Notes: generated by a model not told the origin, from the sequence alone. Numbered from the stretch's first letter, positions 53,629 to 63,320 are shown. The stretch is 64,000 nucleotides of DNA from Cyclobacteriaceae bacterium (GCA_965227265.1 OZ245738.1:183645-247644), one strand, 5' to 3'. Program-made: numbers and translations.

Positions 53629-56223
53629 ATGTGGTTGATAAGACGTTTCATACTGATACTTATTGTAGTACTTGTGCCGTACTTGGCTAAGGCTCAATTT
53701 GTTTCGGAACGTTCAGCCCTTAGCAACATAACAAAAGGAAAGTGGGATAAAGCTAAAAGTCAACTCACTAAAATTCTTCAAAAGGATAGCATTCATGCTG
53801 GGGCTGAATATGCCTGGTCTCGATACTTTTTTTCTGAGTCAAATCCTGATTTTCAGCTTGATTCAGCCTACAACCACATTCAAAAGGCCCTTGCAGACTA
53901 CCAACAAGCTTCTATTAAAGAGCGTGAGAAGTTGCTAAAAGTACCGATTGATAGTTTTGTACTAATCGCACACAAGCACCGTATTGATAGTGCTGCCTTT
54001 TTAAGAGCCCACGAAGCGAATACGGAAGCTTCCTATCTTGATTTTCTGAAACGCTTTGAAACAGCCAATCAAAAAGCCGAAGCTGTTGCATTGCGCGATG
54101 AAGTTTCTTTTGCTGATGCCGTACGGGAAAATACGTACCAATCATTTCTAGCATATACTGGAAAGTATCCTCAGTCAAGGTTTGCCTCAGAAGCGAAAGC
54201 CCGATACAACCGGTTATTGTTTGAATCAAAAACAGTTGACCAAAAACTGACAACATTCGAATCTTTCCTGGCCCAGTATCCTGAAACACCTTATCGAAAG
54301 GAAATCGAGCAACAGATTTTTGAGAAGTTTACAGCCGGAGGTGAAGCAACAGCGTTCGATCGTTTTATCAGAAAATATCCAGCCAGCGTAAAAGTTAAGA
54401 TAGCTAAAGACATTCTTTATCATTTATTAAAAGAAGATGAACGAGCGCTGGTGTCCGTGCTCGCAAATGATTCTATCCGCAAAGTTCAGGTTCTTGACAA
54501 ACAATTTCTTATACCGTTTTTAAAGGACGACAAATTCGGTTTTATGAATGAGCACGGAGAAGGATTGGTAAAAGCATTTGCCAATGAAATTCCGGATGAT
54601 TACTTGTGTGGTAACATAACAGATGAACTACTAATTGCCGATCGTAGCATTATAACACGAAGTGGTACTGTGATTAGCAGCATAGCAGCGGATGAACTTG
54701 ATCCTATTGGATATGGATTCGTTCTCGTGGAAAGTAAGAATTGTACCAATGTTATTCATGTGTCGGGATTTTCACCGGTATTGAATGAATGTTTACAGGA
54801 TGTTAAACTACTAGCGAAAAATTATTTGCTGCTGAAAAAAAATAATCGTTGGTCAGTATGGACATTAACCGGCCGGCAGTTAATTCCATACGAATGGGAT
54901 GACATTCAAATATTAGGTGAAGCAGTGGCGTTAAAAAAGGGAGGAAAAATAAGATTGGTCAAAATTAAAGACCTCGCAAAAATTGCGGATCAACAACAAC
55001 CGACTTTTTCAAAAGAATACGATGAGGTGAAGTTTTGGAATGACGGAATGATTTGGGTTAAGAGTGGAAACGATGAAGGTGTGCTTAGTCAGTCGTTAAA
55101 TGAATGGATCAAGCCTGCCCGACAACAGATAAGTCAGACATTTTTTGGTGCTGTTGCCCAAACATCAGTCGGATATGTATTGCATGATAAACGGACTGGT
55201 CCATCACAACCTTATTACAAGGTTAAAGTTCAGCAGCCTTGGGTGCTGGTTCAACAAGAGGGCGTATGGCATGATATCGATCTCATAACAAGGAAAAATA
55301 TCGGTTTGGCACTCGACAGTGTAAGCCTTATCGGGCCTTTTTTTATCGGAATAAAAAAGGACAGCATGCGAATTCAGCTGGCTAAAAATGTTGCAATTGA
55401 ATATTCAAAAATTGTTCGGGCACAATTTATTCCTGGAAAGGATTCACTTTTTTTTCTTGTTCTTGAAGACGGTGATAAGAAAATAGTATACAATACAAAA
55501 GCTGAAAGATTGTTTACCATTGTCGCTGAAAAGCTTGAGTATAATAATGAAGGATACTTCACGATCACTCAAAAGCAAAAGAAGGGTTTGCTATCCCTGA
55601 ATGGAAAAATTATGCTCAAGCCGGAGTACGATGCGCTTGGTTCAGTTTCCAATCATGTTGTTGGAACGTTAAAAGATAAAAAATTTGGGCTGGTTGATCT
55701 TATTCACAAAAGAGAGATTAAACCGGAATATGATAAGAACATTGTCGTGTATGCCAAAGGAAGACTTATTGCCTTTAAAAATAACGCTTGCGCACTTATT
55801 GGTTGGGATAATAAGGCGGTAACAAATTTTGAATTCGAAGAAATCAATTACTGGAATGATTCTTCTGCTTTGATAAAGAAAAATTTTCAATGGATCGTCT
55901 ATAATTTTGTCGAGAAGAAGGTTGAGCTCGATAAAATCAAATCTTATAAATGGGTCAATGACTCGCCACAGGAAAAGATTGTCATTATGCAACAGGAAAA
56001 CAAGTATGGGGTTTTGAGTAGTACGCGTGGCATGATTATCCCGGCAACTTTTTCAGACATTGTGAATGTTGGCTCGGCCACTCAGCCCGTTTATTTTACT
56101 GAAAAGCACGTGGAAGAGGCTTCCATATTTATAGTAATCTATTATGATAAAAATGGGGTTCAGCTGCGAAAATACGTTTATGAAGGCGCTGATTATGAGA
56201 GGATCTATTGTTCAGGCAAGTAG
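53629..56223 (+). CDS. secreted or anchored protein with N-terminal TPR-like repeats and C-terminal WG (KWG-type) beta repeats
   Basis: Start placed at MWLIRRFILILIVVLVPYLAKAQ. Repeats of Y..FL..YP.. in the N-terminal half. WG-type repeats in the C-terminal half (KFGFMNEHGE, KKGLLSLNGKIMLKPEYD, KFGLVDLIHKREIKPEYD, KYGVLSSTRGMIIPATFSD). Confidence 0.6.
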   Translation: MWLIRRFILILIVVLVPYLAKAQFVSERSALSNITKGKWDKAKSQLTKILQKDSIHAGAEYAWSRYFFSESNPDFQLDSAYNHIQKALADYQQASIKEREKLLKVPIDSFVLIAHKHRIDSAAFLRAHEANTEASYLDFLKRFETANQKAEAVALRDEVSFADAVRENTYQSFLAYTGKYPQSRFASEAKARYNRLLFESKTVDQKLTTFESFLAQYPETPYRKEIEQQIFEKFTAGGEATAFDRFIRKYPASVKVKIAKDILYHLLKEDERALVSVLANDSIRKVQVLDKQFLIPFLKDDKFGFMNEHGEGLVKAFANEIPDDYLCGNITDELLIADRSIITRSGTVISSIAADELDPIGYGFVLVESKNCTNVIHVSGFSPVLNECLQDVKLLAKNYLLLKKNNRWSVWTLTGRQLIPYEWDDIQILGEAVALKKGGKIRLVKIKDLAKIADQQQPTFSKEYDEVKFWNDGMIWVKSGNDEGVLSQSLNEWIKPARQQISQTFFGAVAQTSVGYVLHDKRTGPSQPYYKVKVQQPWVLVQQEGVWHDIDLITRKNIGLALDSVSLIGPFFIGIKKDSMRIQLAKNVAIEYSKIVRAQFIPGKDSLFFLVLEDGDKKIVYNTKAERLFTIVAEKLEYNNEGYFTITQKQKKGLLSLNGKIMLKPEYDALGSVSNHVVGTLKDKKFGLVDLIHKREIKPEYDKNIVVYAKGRLIAFKNNACALIGWDNKAVTNFEFEEINYWNDSSALIKKNFQWIVYNFVEKKVELDKIKSYKWVNDSPQEKIVIMQQENKYGVLSSTRGMIIPATFSDIVNVGSATQPVYFTEKHVEEASIFIVIYYDKNGVQLRKYVYEGADYERIYCSGK

Positions 56224-56331
56224 AACGATATTCCATTTTTTTCATCAACAGTCGAATTCATCTTCCGTTAATCAAAACACAGCATCCTGATTTTATAGAT
56301 TTACTATATTGCCCTTACTAAGAACGCCTGC

Positions 56332-57981
56332 ATGAAACAACTCATCTCTATTTTTTTGCTTCTCTTAAGCTTCTCATCACTTTTTGCGCAAAAGTCAGAG
56401 AATGATCGCCCTAAAATTGTGGTAGGGATTGTGGTAGACCAGATGCGGCAGGAATACTTATATCGTTTCAACAATAAGTTTGGTGAAGGTGGATTTAAGC
56501 GCATGATGAATGAAGGTTTCATGCTTCAGAATGCACATTATAATTATACCCCAACGGTTACAGGCGCAGGTCATGCTTCCGTTTACACCGGTACAACGCC
56601 AGCCAATCACGGTATTATTGGCAACGATTGGTATGATAAAGAGCTTAAGAAGAATGTGTATTGCGCAGGCGATCCAAACTACAATACTGTAGGCAGCACT
56701 TCGGTGGAAGATGGCAAGATGTCGCCTCACCGAATGCTTTCCACAACGATTACCGATGAGTTAAAGCTTTCTACACAAAAGCGTGCAAAGGTTATTGGCG
56801 TCTCCATTAAAGATCGGGGATCAGTTTTACCTGCAGGCCACATGGCAGATGCTGCTTATTGGTATGATGAAAAAGTTGGCAAATTTATTACCAGTACTTT
56901 TTATTTAACTGCGCTCCCAACGTGGGTAGATAATTTTAATAAGCTTAATCTTCCAGACAAGTATCTATCTCAGGTTTGGAATCCATTGTATCCAATCGAA
57001 CAATACGTAGAGAGCGGACCAGACAATACACCTTATGAGGCCAAACTTGGCGGAAAAGAAAAGGCAACGTTTCCGTACGACTTACCTGCGATGTTTAAAA
57101 AGAATGGTTATGATATTTTATCGTACACTCCGTTTTCAAATGATTACCTGACAGAGATGGCGAAAGCTGCTATTGATGGTGAAAAGATGGGAAGTGACGA
57201 ATCGTCTGACTTCTTATGTGTTTCATATTCGGCTACGGATAAGTTGGGTCATGGTGTTGGACCAAACGCGATTGAGTTAGAAGATATTTATTTGCGCTTA
57301 GATCGAAGCCTTGCAGATCTGTTTAAAAAACTTGACGAAACGGCTGGCAAAGGAAACTATGTTGTTTTCCTTTCTGCTGATCATGCAGTGGCGGAAAACC
57401 CACAATACTTAATTGATAATAAAGTTCCGGCAGGTTTTATGCGCAATACCAATCTGATGGCCCGATTAAATCCTTTTCTGCAACAATACTTTCCCGGCAA
57501 AGAAGTGATTCATGCAATCATGAATGAACAGGTGTATTTTAATCATGATGCCTTCAGCTCTGATCCTAAAACAGGTGGAATTGATATCGCCATAGCAACC
57601 GAACTTACGGTTAACTTTTTGCTACAGGAAAAAGGTGTTGCAAACGCATTTCCAAAAAATCTGTTACGCCAAGGAGCTTTTAATGAAGCAGGTCACAAAG
57701 GCATGGCGATCCGTGGATATAATCCTAAACGCAGTGGTGACATAACCATAATTCTTGAGCCTGCCTGGTATGAATCCAGTTCAGTAACCGGAACAACACA
57801 CGGATCATCCTATACATACGATACACATGTGCCAATCTTGTTCTTTGGAAAGGGAATTAAACATGGAACTTCTGTGTTGCCGCATACCATAACAGACATA
57901 GCTCCGACATTAGCTATTCTCCTTAAAACTAAATTTCCAAACGGATGTACCGGGCAACCCGTTGCTGAATTGTTTCATTAA
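56332..57981 (+). CDS. PafA-like alkaline phosphatase / nucleotide pyrophosphatase family enzyme
   Basis: 549 aa. Signal peptide, VGIVVDQMRQEYL, nucleophile region YTPTVTGAGHASVYTG, SADHAV, THGS. Confidence 0.8.
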   Translation: MKQLISIFLLLLSFSSLFAQKSENDRPKIVVGIVVDQMRQEYLYRFNNKFGEGGFKRMMNEGFMLQNAHYNYTPTVTGAGHASVYTGTTPANHGIIGNDWYDKELKKNVYCAGDPNYNTVGSTSVEDGKMSPHRMLSTTITDELKLSTQKRAKVIGVSIKDRGSVLPAGHMADAAYWYDEKVGKFITSTFYLTALPTWVDNFNKLNLPDKYLSQVWNPLYPIEQYVESGPDNTPYEAKLGGKEKATFPYDLPAMFKKNGYDILSYTPFSNDYLTEMAKAAIDGEKMGSDESSDFLCVSYSATDKLGHGVGPNAIELEDIYLRLDRSLADLFKKLDETAGKGNYVVFLSADHAVAENPQYLIDNKVPAGFMRNTNLMARLNPFLQQYFPGKEVIHAIMNEQVYFNHDAFSSDPKTGGIDIAIATELTVNFLLQEKGVANAFPKNLLRQGAFNEAGHKGMAIRGYNPKRSGDITIILEPAWYESSSVTGTTHGSSYTYDTHVPILFFGKGIKHGTSVLPHTITDIAPTLAILLKTKFPNGCTGQPVAELFH

Positions 57982-58022
57982 CGTTGAAAATCCGGAGACG
58001 AGCAACAATTCGTATATGTAGT

Positions 58023-58985
58023 ATGCGGATAATTCTACTGTTCCTGTTTTTAAGTTCGGCTTTCTCATTATCTGCTCAACGAATTTCTAATACAGCAGTT
58101 TATCGTAACATAAATTCTTCGAAGTATTTCAGACTGCATTACGAGAACGATTATTTCTCAACAACTGATCTCTATTATACACAAGGTATAAACCTGGAGT
58201 ATGTTCATCTGGCCATCGGAAAATTCTTCACCTCCCAACTTCTTATTCGCTCTTCTTCGAAAGAAATTAAGTATGGCATGTCGCTTGAGCAGGAAGGGTA
58301 TACGCCCACCAGCATCAAGCATCCTGAAATTTTAAAAGGCGATCGGCCCTTTGCTGCTGCTTTGTTCTTTAAAAACTTCTCAGCCGTTAATGATGCGGAA
58401 AGAAAAGAGCGGATTTCTTCTTCCTTTAGTTTTGGAGTGATTGGTCCGGTAACGGGTGGAGAACAAATTCAGGAAGCGCTGCATCGGCTTATTAATTACA
58501 CGTTGCCCGAAGGATGGGACAATCAAATCAGCAATGATGTGATTTTGAATTATGAAGTTGATTATCAGCGCGCAATTTATTCGGTAAATAATTTTTCGGT
58601 TATTGGTCGGGGAGGAGCACGAGCGGGAACGTATAGCACAAAAGCGTACGGCAGCACGATCTTAATGGCAGGCTTATTTGATGAGCCGTTTAGCAATTTC
58701 TCCAGTCAAAAGAAGAAGTTTCAAGTCTACCTCTATGCAGAACCTTTGTTGAATTTTGTCGGTCATGATGCTACCCTGCAGGGAGGGTTATTCAATCGTT
58801 CAAGCCCGTATACCATATCATCGTCAACCATGAACAGAATTGTATTCCAGGGAAATGCCGGTATTGTATTCAGGATCAATAGTGTTCAGCTTGAGTATTT
58901 TCAAACGTATCTTACAAAGGAATTTAAAACGGGCGGTGATCATGTGTGGGGCGGCATCAGGATTGGCTGGTATGTGAATCGGTAG
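58023..58985 (+). CDS. LpxR-family lipid A deacylase-like outer-membrane protein
   Basis: Start placed at MRIILLFLFLSSAFSLSAQ. YENDYFSTTDLYYTQG ... EQEGYTP pattern of the LpxR/DUF2219 family. Confidence 0.65.
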   Translation: MRIILLFLFLSSAFSLSAQRISNTAVYRNINSSKYFRLHYENDYFSTTDLYYTQGINLEYVHLAIGKFFTSQLLIRSSSKEIKYGMSLEQEGYTPTSIKHPEILKGDRPFAAALFFKNFSAVNDAERKERISSSFSFGVIGPVTGGEQIQEALHRLINYTLPEGWDNQISNDVILNYEVDYQRAIYSVNNFSVIGRGGARAGTYSTKAYGSTILMAGLFDEPFSNFSSQKKKFQVYLYAEPLLNFVGHDATLQGGLFNRSSPYTISSSTMNRIVFQGNAGIVFRINSVQLEYFQTYLTKEFKTGGDHVWGGIRIGWYVNR

Positions 58986-59030
58986 AACATTCACTCGAAA
59001 TATTTTTTTTAAAACGAGTAACACAATCAG

Positions 59031-59059
59031 AGGGATTTCTCAATTCCACTGAAATCCCT
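59031..59059 (+). other. 9-bp stem hairpin between lpxR-like and permease genes
   Basis: AGGGATTTC-TCAATTCCACT-GAAATCCCT. No T-run follows. Lies 29 nt upstream of the permease ATG. Confidence 0.4.
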
Positions 59060-59087
59060 ATCTTGAACGCGTTCTATTCCTAAACTC

Positions 59088-60485
59088 ATGAGCGAAACAA
59101 AATTTAAGCCCATCCTCGGATTGCGTGATGCCACAATGATTGTCGCTGGATCCATGATCGGCTCCGGTATCTTCATTGTTAGTGCCGACATTCTGAGAAA
59201 CGTAGGCGGTGCAGGCTGGCTGATTGCCGTTTGGGCGATCACCGGTTTCATGACAATAACCGCAGCGGTAAGCTATGGCGAACTCAGCGGAATGTTCCCA
59301 AAAGCGGGCGGTCAATATGTATACCTGAAAGAATCCTATAATCCGCTCATTGCATTTTTATACGGATGGAGTTTTTTCGCAGTTATCCAAACCGGAACGA
59401 TTGCCGCAGTGGGTGTAGCCTTTTCAAAGTTCACAGCGTATCTGATTCCGGGAGTAAGTGAAGACCTTGTTCTTTTTAGTATAGGTTCGTTTTCAGTTTC
59501 ACCTGCACAAGTTTTATCTATCGCCACGATAATTCTTTTGACTTATATAAATACACGGGGTGTAAAAGGTGGTAAAGCCATTCAAACAAGTTTTACGATT
59601 ACTAAGCTTGTCAGTTTATTCGGACTTATTGTATTTGGTCTGATTATGCTAAAAGGCGATGTGTTCTCCGCAAATTGGGAAAATGCCTGGAGCCTGCGAA
59701 ACATGACCGGTAACGGAACATTTACAGAGTTAACGATTATTGCAGCCTTGGGTGCTATTGCGGCCGCGATGGTGGGTTCAATTTTCAGTAGCGATGCCTG
59801 GAACAACGTAACCTTTATTGCGGGTGAGATTAAAAATCCGCAACGTAACATTGGGTTGAGCCTGTTTCTGGGAACACTTATCGTAAGTGTGATTTATATA
59901 AGCGCTAACGTAATGTACACGGGAGTTCTCCCGTTAAATGAAATTGCTTTTGCGGAAAAAGATCGCGTAGCCGTTATCGCATCGAATGTAATTTTTGGAA
60001 ATATCGGTACAGTTATCATTGCGTTGATGATTATGGTTTCAACCTTTGGCTGTAATAATGGACTGATCTTGGCCGGTGCGCGGGTATACTATACTATGGC
60101 CAAAGATGGTTTGTTCTTTAAGCAGGCCGGTGAACTAAATAAGTTTGCAGTTCCGCAACTTGCATTGTGGGTGCAGTGTGTGCTTGCTTGTGTGTGGTGT
60201 TTAAGCGGAAAATATGGCGATCTGCTCGACATGGTTTCGTTTGTGGTCGTACTCTTTTATGTATTAACCATTGTTGGAATTTTTATTCTTCGCAAGAAAC
60301 GTCCGGATGCTGAACGCCCTTACAAGGCATTTGGTTATCCATTACTTCCAGCGATTTATATTTTGATGGGGTTAACGTTTTGTACACTCTTAATTATCTA
60401 CAAACCGCAATTCACCTGGCCGGGATTGATTATTACTTTGGCGGGTATTCCGATTTACTTCTGGGTGATGCGGAATAAAAAATAA
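59088..60485 (+). CDS. APC-superfamily amino acid permease
   Basis: 465 aa with about 12 TM helices. N-terminal LGLRDATMIVAGSMIGSGIF, typical of APC transporters. Confidence 0.85.
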   Translation: MSETKFKPILGLRDATMIVAGSMIGSGIFIVSADILRNVGGAGWLIAVWAITGFMTITAAVSYGELSGMFPKAGGQYVYLKESYNPLIAFLYGWSFFAVIQTGTIAAVGVAFSKFTAYLIPGVSEDLVLFSIGSFSVSPAQVLSIATIILLTYINTRGVKGGKAIQTSFTITKLVSLFGLIVFGLIMLKGDVFSANWENAWSLRNMTGNGTFTELTIIAALGAIAAAMVGSIFSSDAWNNVTFIAGEIKNPQRNIGLSLFLGTLIVSVIYISANVMYTGVLPLNEIAFAEKDRVAVIASNVIFGNIGTVIIALMIMVSTFGCNNGLILAGARVYYTMAKDGLFFKQAGELNKFAVPQLALWVQCVLACVWCLSGKYGDLLDMVSFVVVLFYVLTIVGIFILRKKRPDAERPYKAFGYPLLPAIYILMGLTFCTLLIIYKPQFTWPGLIITLAGIPIYFWVMRNKK

Positions 60486-60512
60486 TTCAACACAATTATT
60501 TAATTAATTATT

Positions 60513-60540
60513 GTAGAGACGCAAAATTTTGCGTCTCTAC
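60513..60540. repeat. REP-like palindrome, identical copy
   Basis: GTAGAGACGCAAAATTTTGCGTCTCTAC between the convergent permease (stop 60485) and RmlD-like gene (stop 60561). Confidence 0.9.
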
Positions 60541-60560
60541 GTATTTAATATCATAGCTGG

Positions 60561-61457
60561 TTATTGGGAAATTTGTTTCGAAACAATTTCAAGCCCTTCC
60601 AAAAAGGAATGCGGTTCAAACTCAAGCTCCTTTTTTGCTTTATCGATGATGAAACCCGTTTTGAGCGGCCGTTGGGCAGGCTGCTTAAAGTGTGTTGAAT
60701 CGGTTGCTTTTAATAAAGACGAATCGAGCTTAAAAAATTCTGCCGTTTTTATGGCGATATCAAAAGGAGTAAGGAAATCTTTTCCGGAAATGTTAAAAAT
60801 GCCTTTTGCTTTTTTAATCGCGGCCAGGTAACAGCCTTGTGCGAGATCTTCGGCCAATGTGGGTGTTCGCCATTGATCGTTCACAACAGAAATAGCTTTC
60901 CCTTCTTCCAGACTTTTCTTTACCCAAAGAACAATGTTTGATCGGCTGAGATCATTGGTAATTCCATACACTAATACGGTACGCAGAATACTCCAGGAGA
61001 TGTTACTATTCTGAATTAACTTCTCGGCCGCAAGCTTACTTTCGCCATAAAAATTTACCGGGTTCGGTTTCTCTGTTTCATCGAGTGGTCCTTTTGAACC
61101 ATCAAAAATAAAATCCGTAGAAACATGAACCAGGTGAACATTATTGGCTGTACAAGCACTAACTAAATATTCAACTGAGGTTACATTGTTTAGGATACAA
61201 ACTTCACGCTTTGTTTCACATTCATCCACTTGTGTCATGGCAGCGGTGTGAATGATTACTTCGGGTTTTGTTAATGCAATGATTGCGTCAACTTGTTTTC
61301 TATCGGTTACATCCAGCAGATGGAATTCTCCTTTTTTTATCGACTGAACGGAAGGATTTCTTGCAGTGGCAACAAGCTCAACGGTATCTTTCTGCAGCAA
61401 AAACGCAACAAGCTTCTGTCCCAGCAAACCATTCGCACCTGTAACCAGTATTTTCAT
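60561..61457 (-). CDS. SDR-family NAD(P)-dependent reductase, RmlD (dTDP-4-dehydrorhamnose reductase)-like
   Basis: 298 aa. MKILVTGANGLLGQ Rossmann motif, YGESK catalytic pattern. Confidence 0.7.
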   Translation of the reverse strand: MKILVTGANGLLGQKLVAFLLQKDTVELVATARNPSVQSIKKGEFHLLDVTDRKQVDAIIALTKPEVIIHTAAMTQVDECETKREVCILNNVTSVEYLVSACTANNVHLVHVSTDFIFDGSKGPLDETEKPNPVNFYGESKLAAEKLIQNSNISWSILRTVLVYGITNDLSRSNIVLWVKKSLEEGKAISVVNDQWRTPTLAEDLAQGCYLAAIKKAKGIFNISGKDFLTPFDIAIKTAEFFKLDSSLLKATDSTHFKQPAQRPLKTGFIIDKAKKELEFEPHSFLEGLEIVSKQISQ

Positions 61458-61459
61458 GG

Positions 61460-62344
61460 TTACTTTTTAACCTCTGGAAAAACGTAACCGTATTCCTTTT
61501 CGATTTTTTTGTGCGACATTTTTTGCCCCGTTACAAACATGCGCACATCTTCGGTTGGTCTGTTTTGTGAATCTTTCGGTGCGGCTGCAATCTTATCAAT
61601 TACCTCAAGGCCTTTGATCACTTTCCCGAAAACAGTGTAATCACCATCCAGGAAAGGTGTTCCGCCTACTGTTGTATAAATCGTTCTTTGCTCGAGAGTA
61701 AATGTGAAAGGTTTGTAATCCGGTTTTTCTTTTACAATTAAGGTATCACTCTTTTCAAAGAACGAGTTTAACCATGCTCCATCCTGTGCTTGCTGATGTT
61801 GCTGGATTTGCGTCAACAAAGATTGGTACTTGGGTGTCATAATAATATCACGCAAGTATTGACTTTTCCTGGCATTTCGAATGTTTTGCTCGTTCTGATC
61901 CAGTTCTTCAGTCGTATATTTTTTTCCCTGCACAACATAGAACTGACTTCCGCTGGAGGCTTTTGTTGGATTAATTGCATCCGCAGTACGGGCAGCTGAA
62001 AGCGCTCCGCGTTCATGGAAAAACTTGGGATTGAATTCTGCATCAACGGTATATCCGGGTCCGCCATTACCCAACCCTTGCCCGGCAACAGCTTTTTTCG
62101 AATCAGGATCTCCACCCTGGATCATAAATTCCTGAATCACACGATGGAATAAAAGACTGTCGAGAAATTTAGTATTGACAAGCTTGATAAAATTTTCCTT
62201 ATGCTTGGGTGTTTCATCATACAGAATAGCCACCATATCGCCATAGCTTGTTTTGATGGTTACCACATACTCTTCTTTCTTACTTTGAGCGCACGCAGTT
62301 ATTAAAAAACAAATGAATAAAGTCGATAAAATTGATCGTATCAT
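61460..62344 (-). CDS. cyclophilin-type peptidyl-prolyl isomerase lipoprotein
   Basis: 294 aa. Lipobox ITACAQ, FHRVIQEFMIQGGDP, GALSAAR, YTVFGKV, with an inserted segment. Confidence 0.85.
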   Translation of the reverse strand: MIRSILSTLFICFLITACAQSKKEEYVVTIKTSYGDMVAILYDETPKHKENFIKLVNTKFLDSLLFHRVIQEFMIQGGDPDSKKAVAGQGLGNGGPGYTVDAEFNPKFFHERGALSAARTADAINPTKASSGSQFYVVQGKKYTTEELDQNEQNIRNARKSQYLRDIIMTPKYQSLLTQIQQHQQAQDGAWLNSFFEKSDTLIVKEKPDYKPFTFTLEQRTIYTTVGGTPFLDGDYTVFGKVIKGLEVIDKIAAAPKDSQNRPTEDVRMFVTGQKMSHKKIEKEYGYVFPEVKK

Positions 62345-62447
62345 GGAAATGGTATTAACAGGCGGTAAAATTAAGAATTTATTAGTCTTGCCAGGAACTG
62401 GATTTTGTATGGCCGCAGGTAAGTTGTTGAAACTAGTGAAACGCTTT

Positions 62448-63320
62448 TCAGGAAACTTCTATTGCGCGAAGAATTTCGGCTCCGCCATTTTGCAGCACTT
62501 CTTGTGCAACTTTCTTTCCCATTTCTTTGCATTCGGCAATGGTTGATGATCGTTTTGCTTTGATCACACGTTTTCCATCCGGTGAAATGAGCCCGGCTTT
62601 CAAGGTGATCAGGTTGCCTTCAAAATGTGCGTACCCGAAAGCTGGGATGCGCTGACCATCCTGAAAAGTTTTAAGGAACGATCGTTCGGTGCGAATGCAA
62701 TCTTCCGTTTCTTCGTGATTTACCCAACGCTGAATAATTTCTTTTTTATCGAACGAGAGTTTTTTATGACAGATCAGGGCAATACTTCCCTGTCCAACAG
62801 TCGGAACAAAATAACTGGTCTCGATTTTTTCGACTACCAGTTTCTCAATTCCCAACCGTTGCGCATCGGTATGATTCATCAGTAGCGCGTATTCACCTGC
62901 TTCCATCTTCTTAACCCTAGTAGATAAATTTTCCGGCACAGAAACAATCTTGGTTTTAGGATAGAAATGTTTAAGGAACGCAATTCTCCGTAACGAATTT
63001 GTTCCTACCCGAATCCCAGGACTTGAGAGTGTTAACTTTTTACGACTGATGAGGACATCGTTTACAATTTCGCGTTCTGTAAAAGCAATTACTTCCAATG
63101 CATCATTTAATCGTGCGGGGATGAACGTGGCATGAAAAGAAAACACTTCAATTGCACCCTTAAGAAGCGCATCTTCAAGTACTGTTAAATGTTTTGTATT
63201 GGTATCGAACGTAATAATTTCCGTGGTGTAACCAGAAGGCTTAATTAAATCTGCAATCGCGTTAGCCTGACTTAAGGCAAGTTTATTATTAAAAGTGCCG
63301 ATGCGAATAAGTTTGCTCAT
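62448..63320 (-). CDS. HemC (hydroxymethylbilane synthase)-like protein lacking key catalytic and cofactor residues
   Basis: 290 aa, alignable by eye over its full length to E. coli HemC (IRIGT..LALSQ, GTNSLRR, VGQGSIAL, ERSFL). R11, K83/D84, R149 and C242 equivalents are F, T/F, P and Q. Confidence 0.7.
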   Translation of the reverse strand: MSKLIRIGTFNNKLALSQANAIADLIKPSGYTTEIITFDTNTKHLTVLEDALLKGAIEVFSFHATFIPARLNDALEVIAFTEREIVNDVLISRKKLTLSSPGIRVGTNSLRRIAFLKHFYPKTKIVSVPENLSTRVKKMEAGEYALLMNHTDAQRLGIEKLVVEKIETSYFVPTVGQGSIALICHKKLSFDKKEIIQRWVNHEETEDCIRTERSFLKTFQDGQRIPAFGYAHFEGNLITLKAGLISPDGKRVIKAKRSSTIAECKEMGKKVAQEVLQNGGAEILRAIEVS

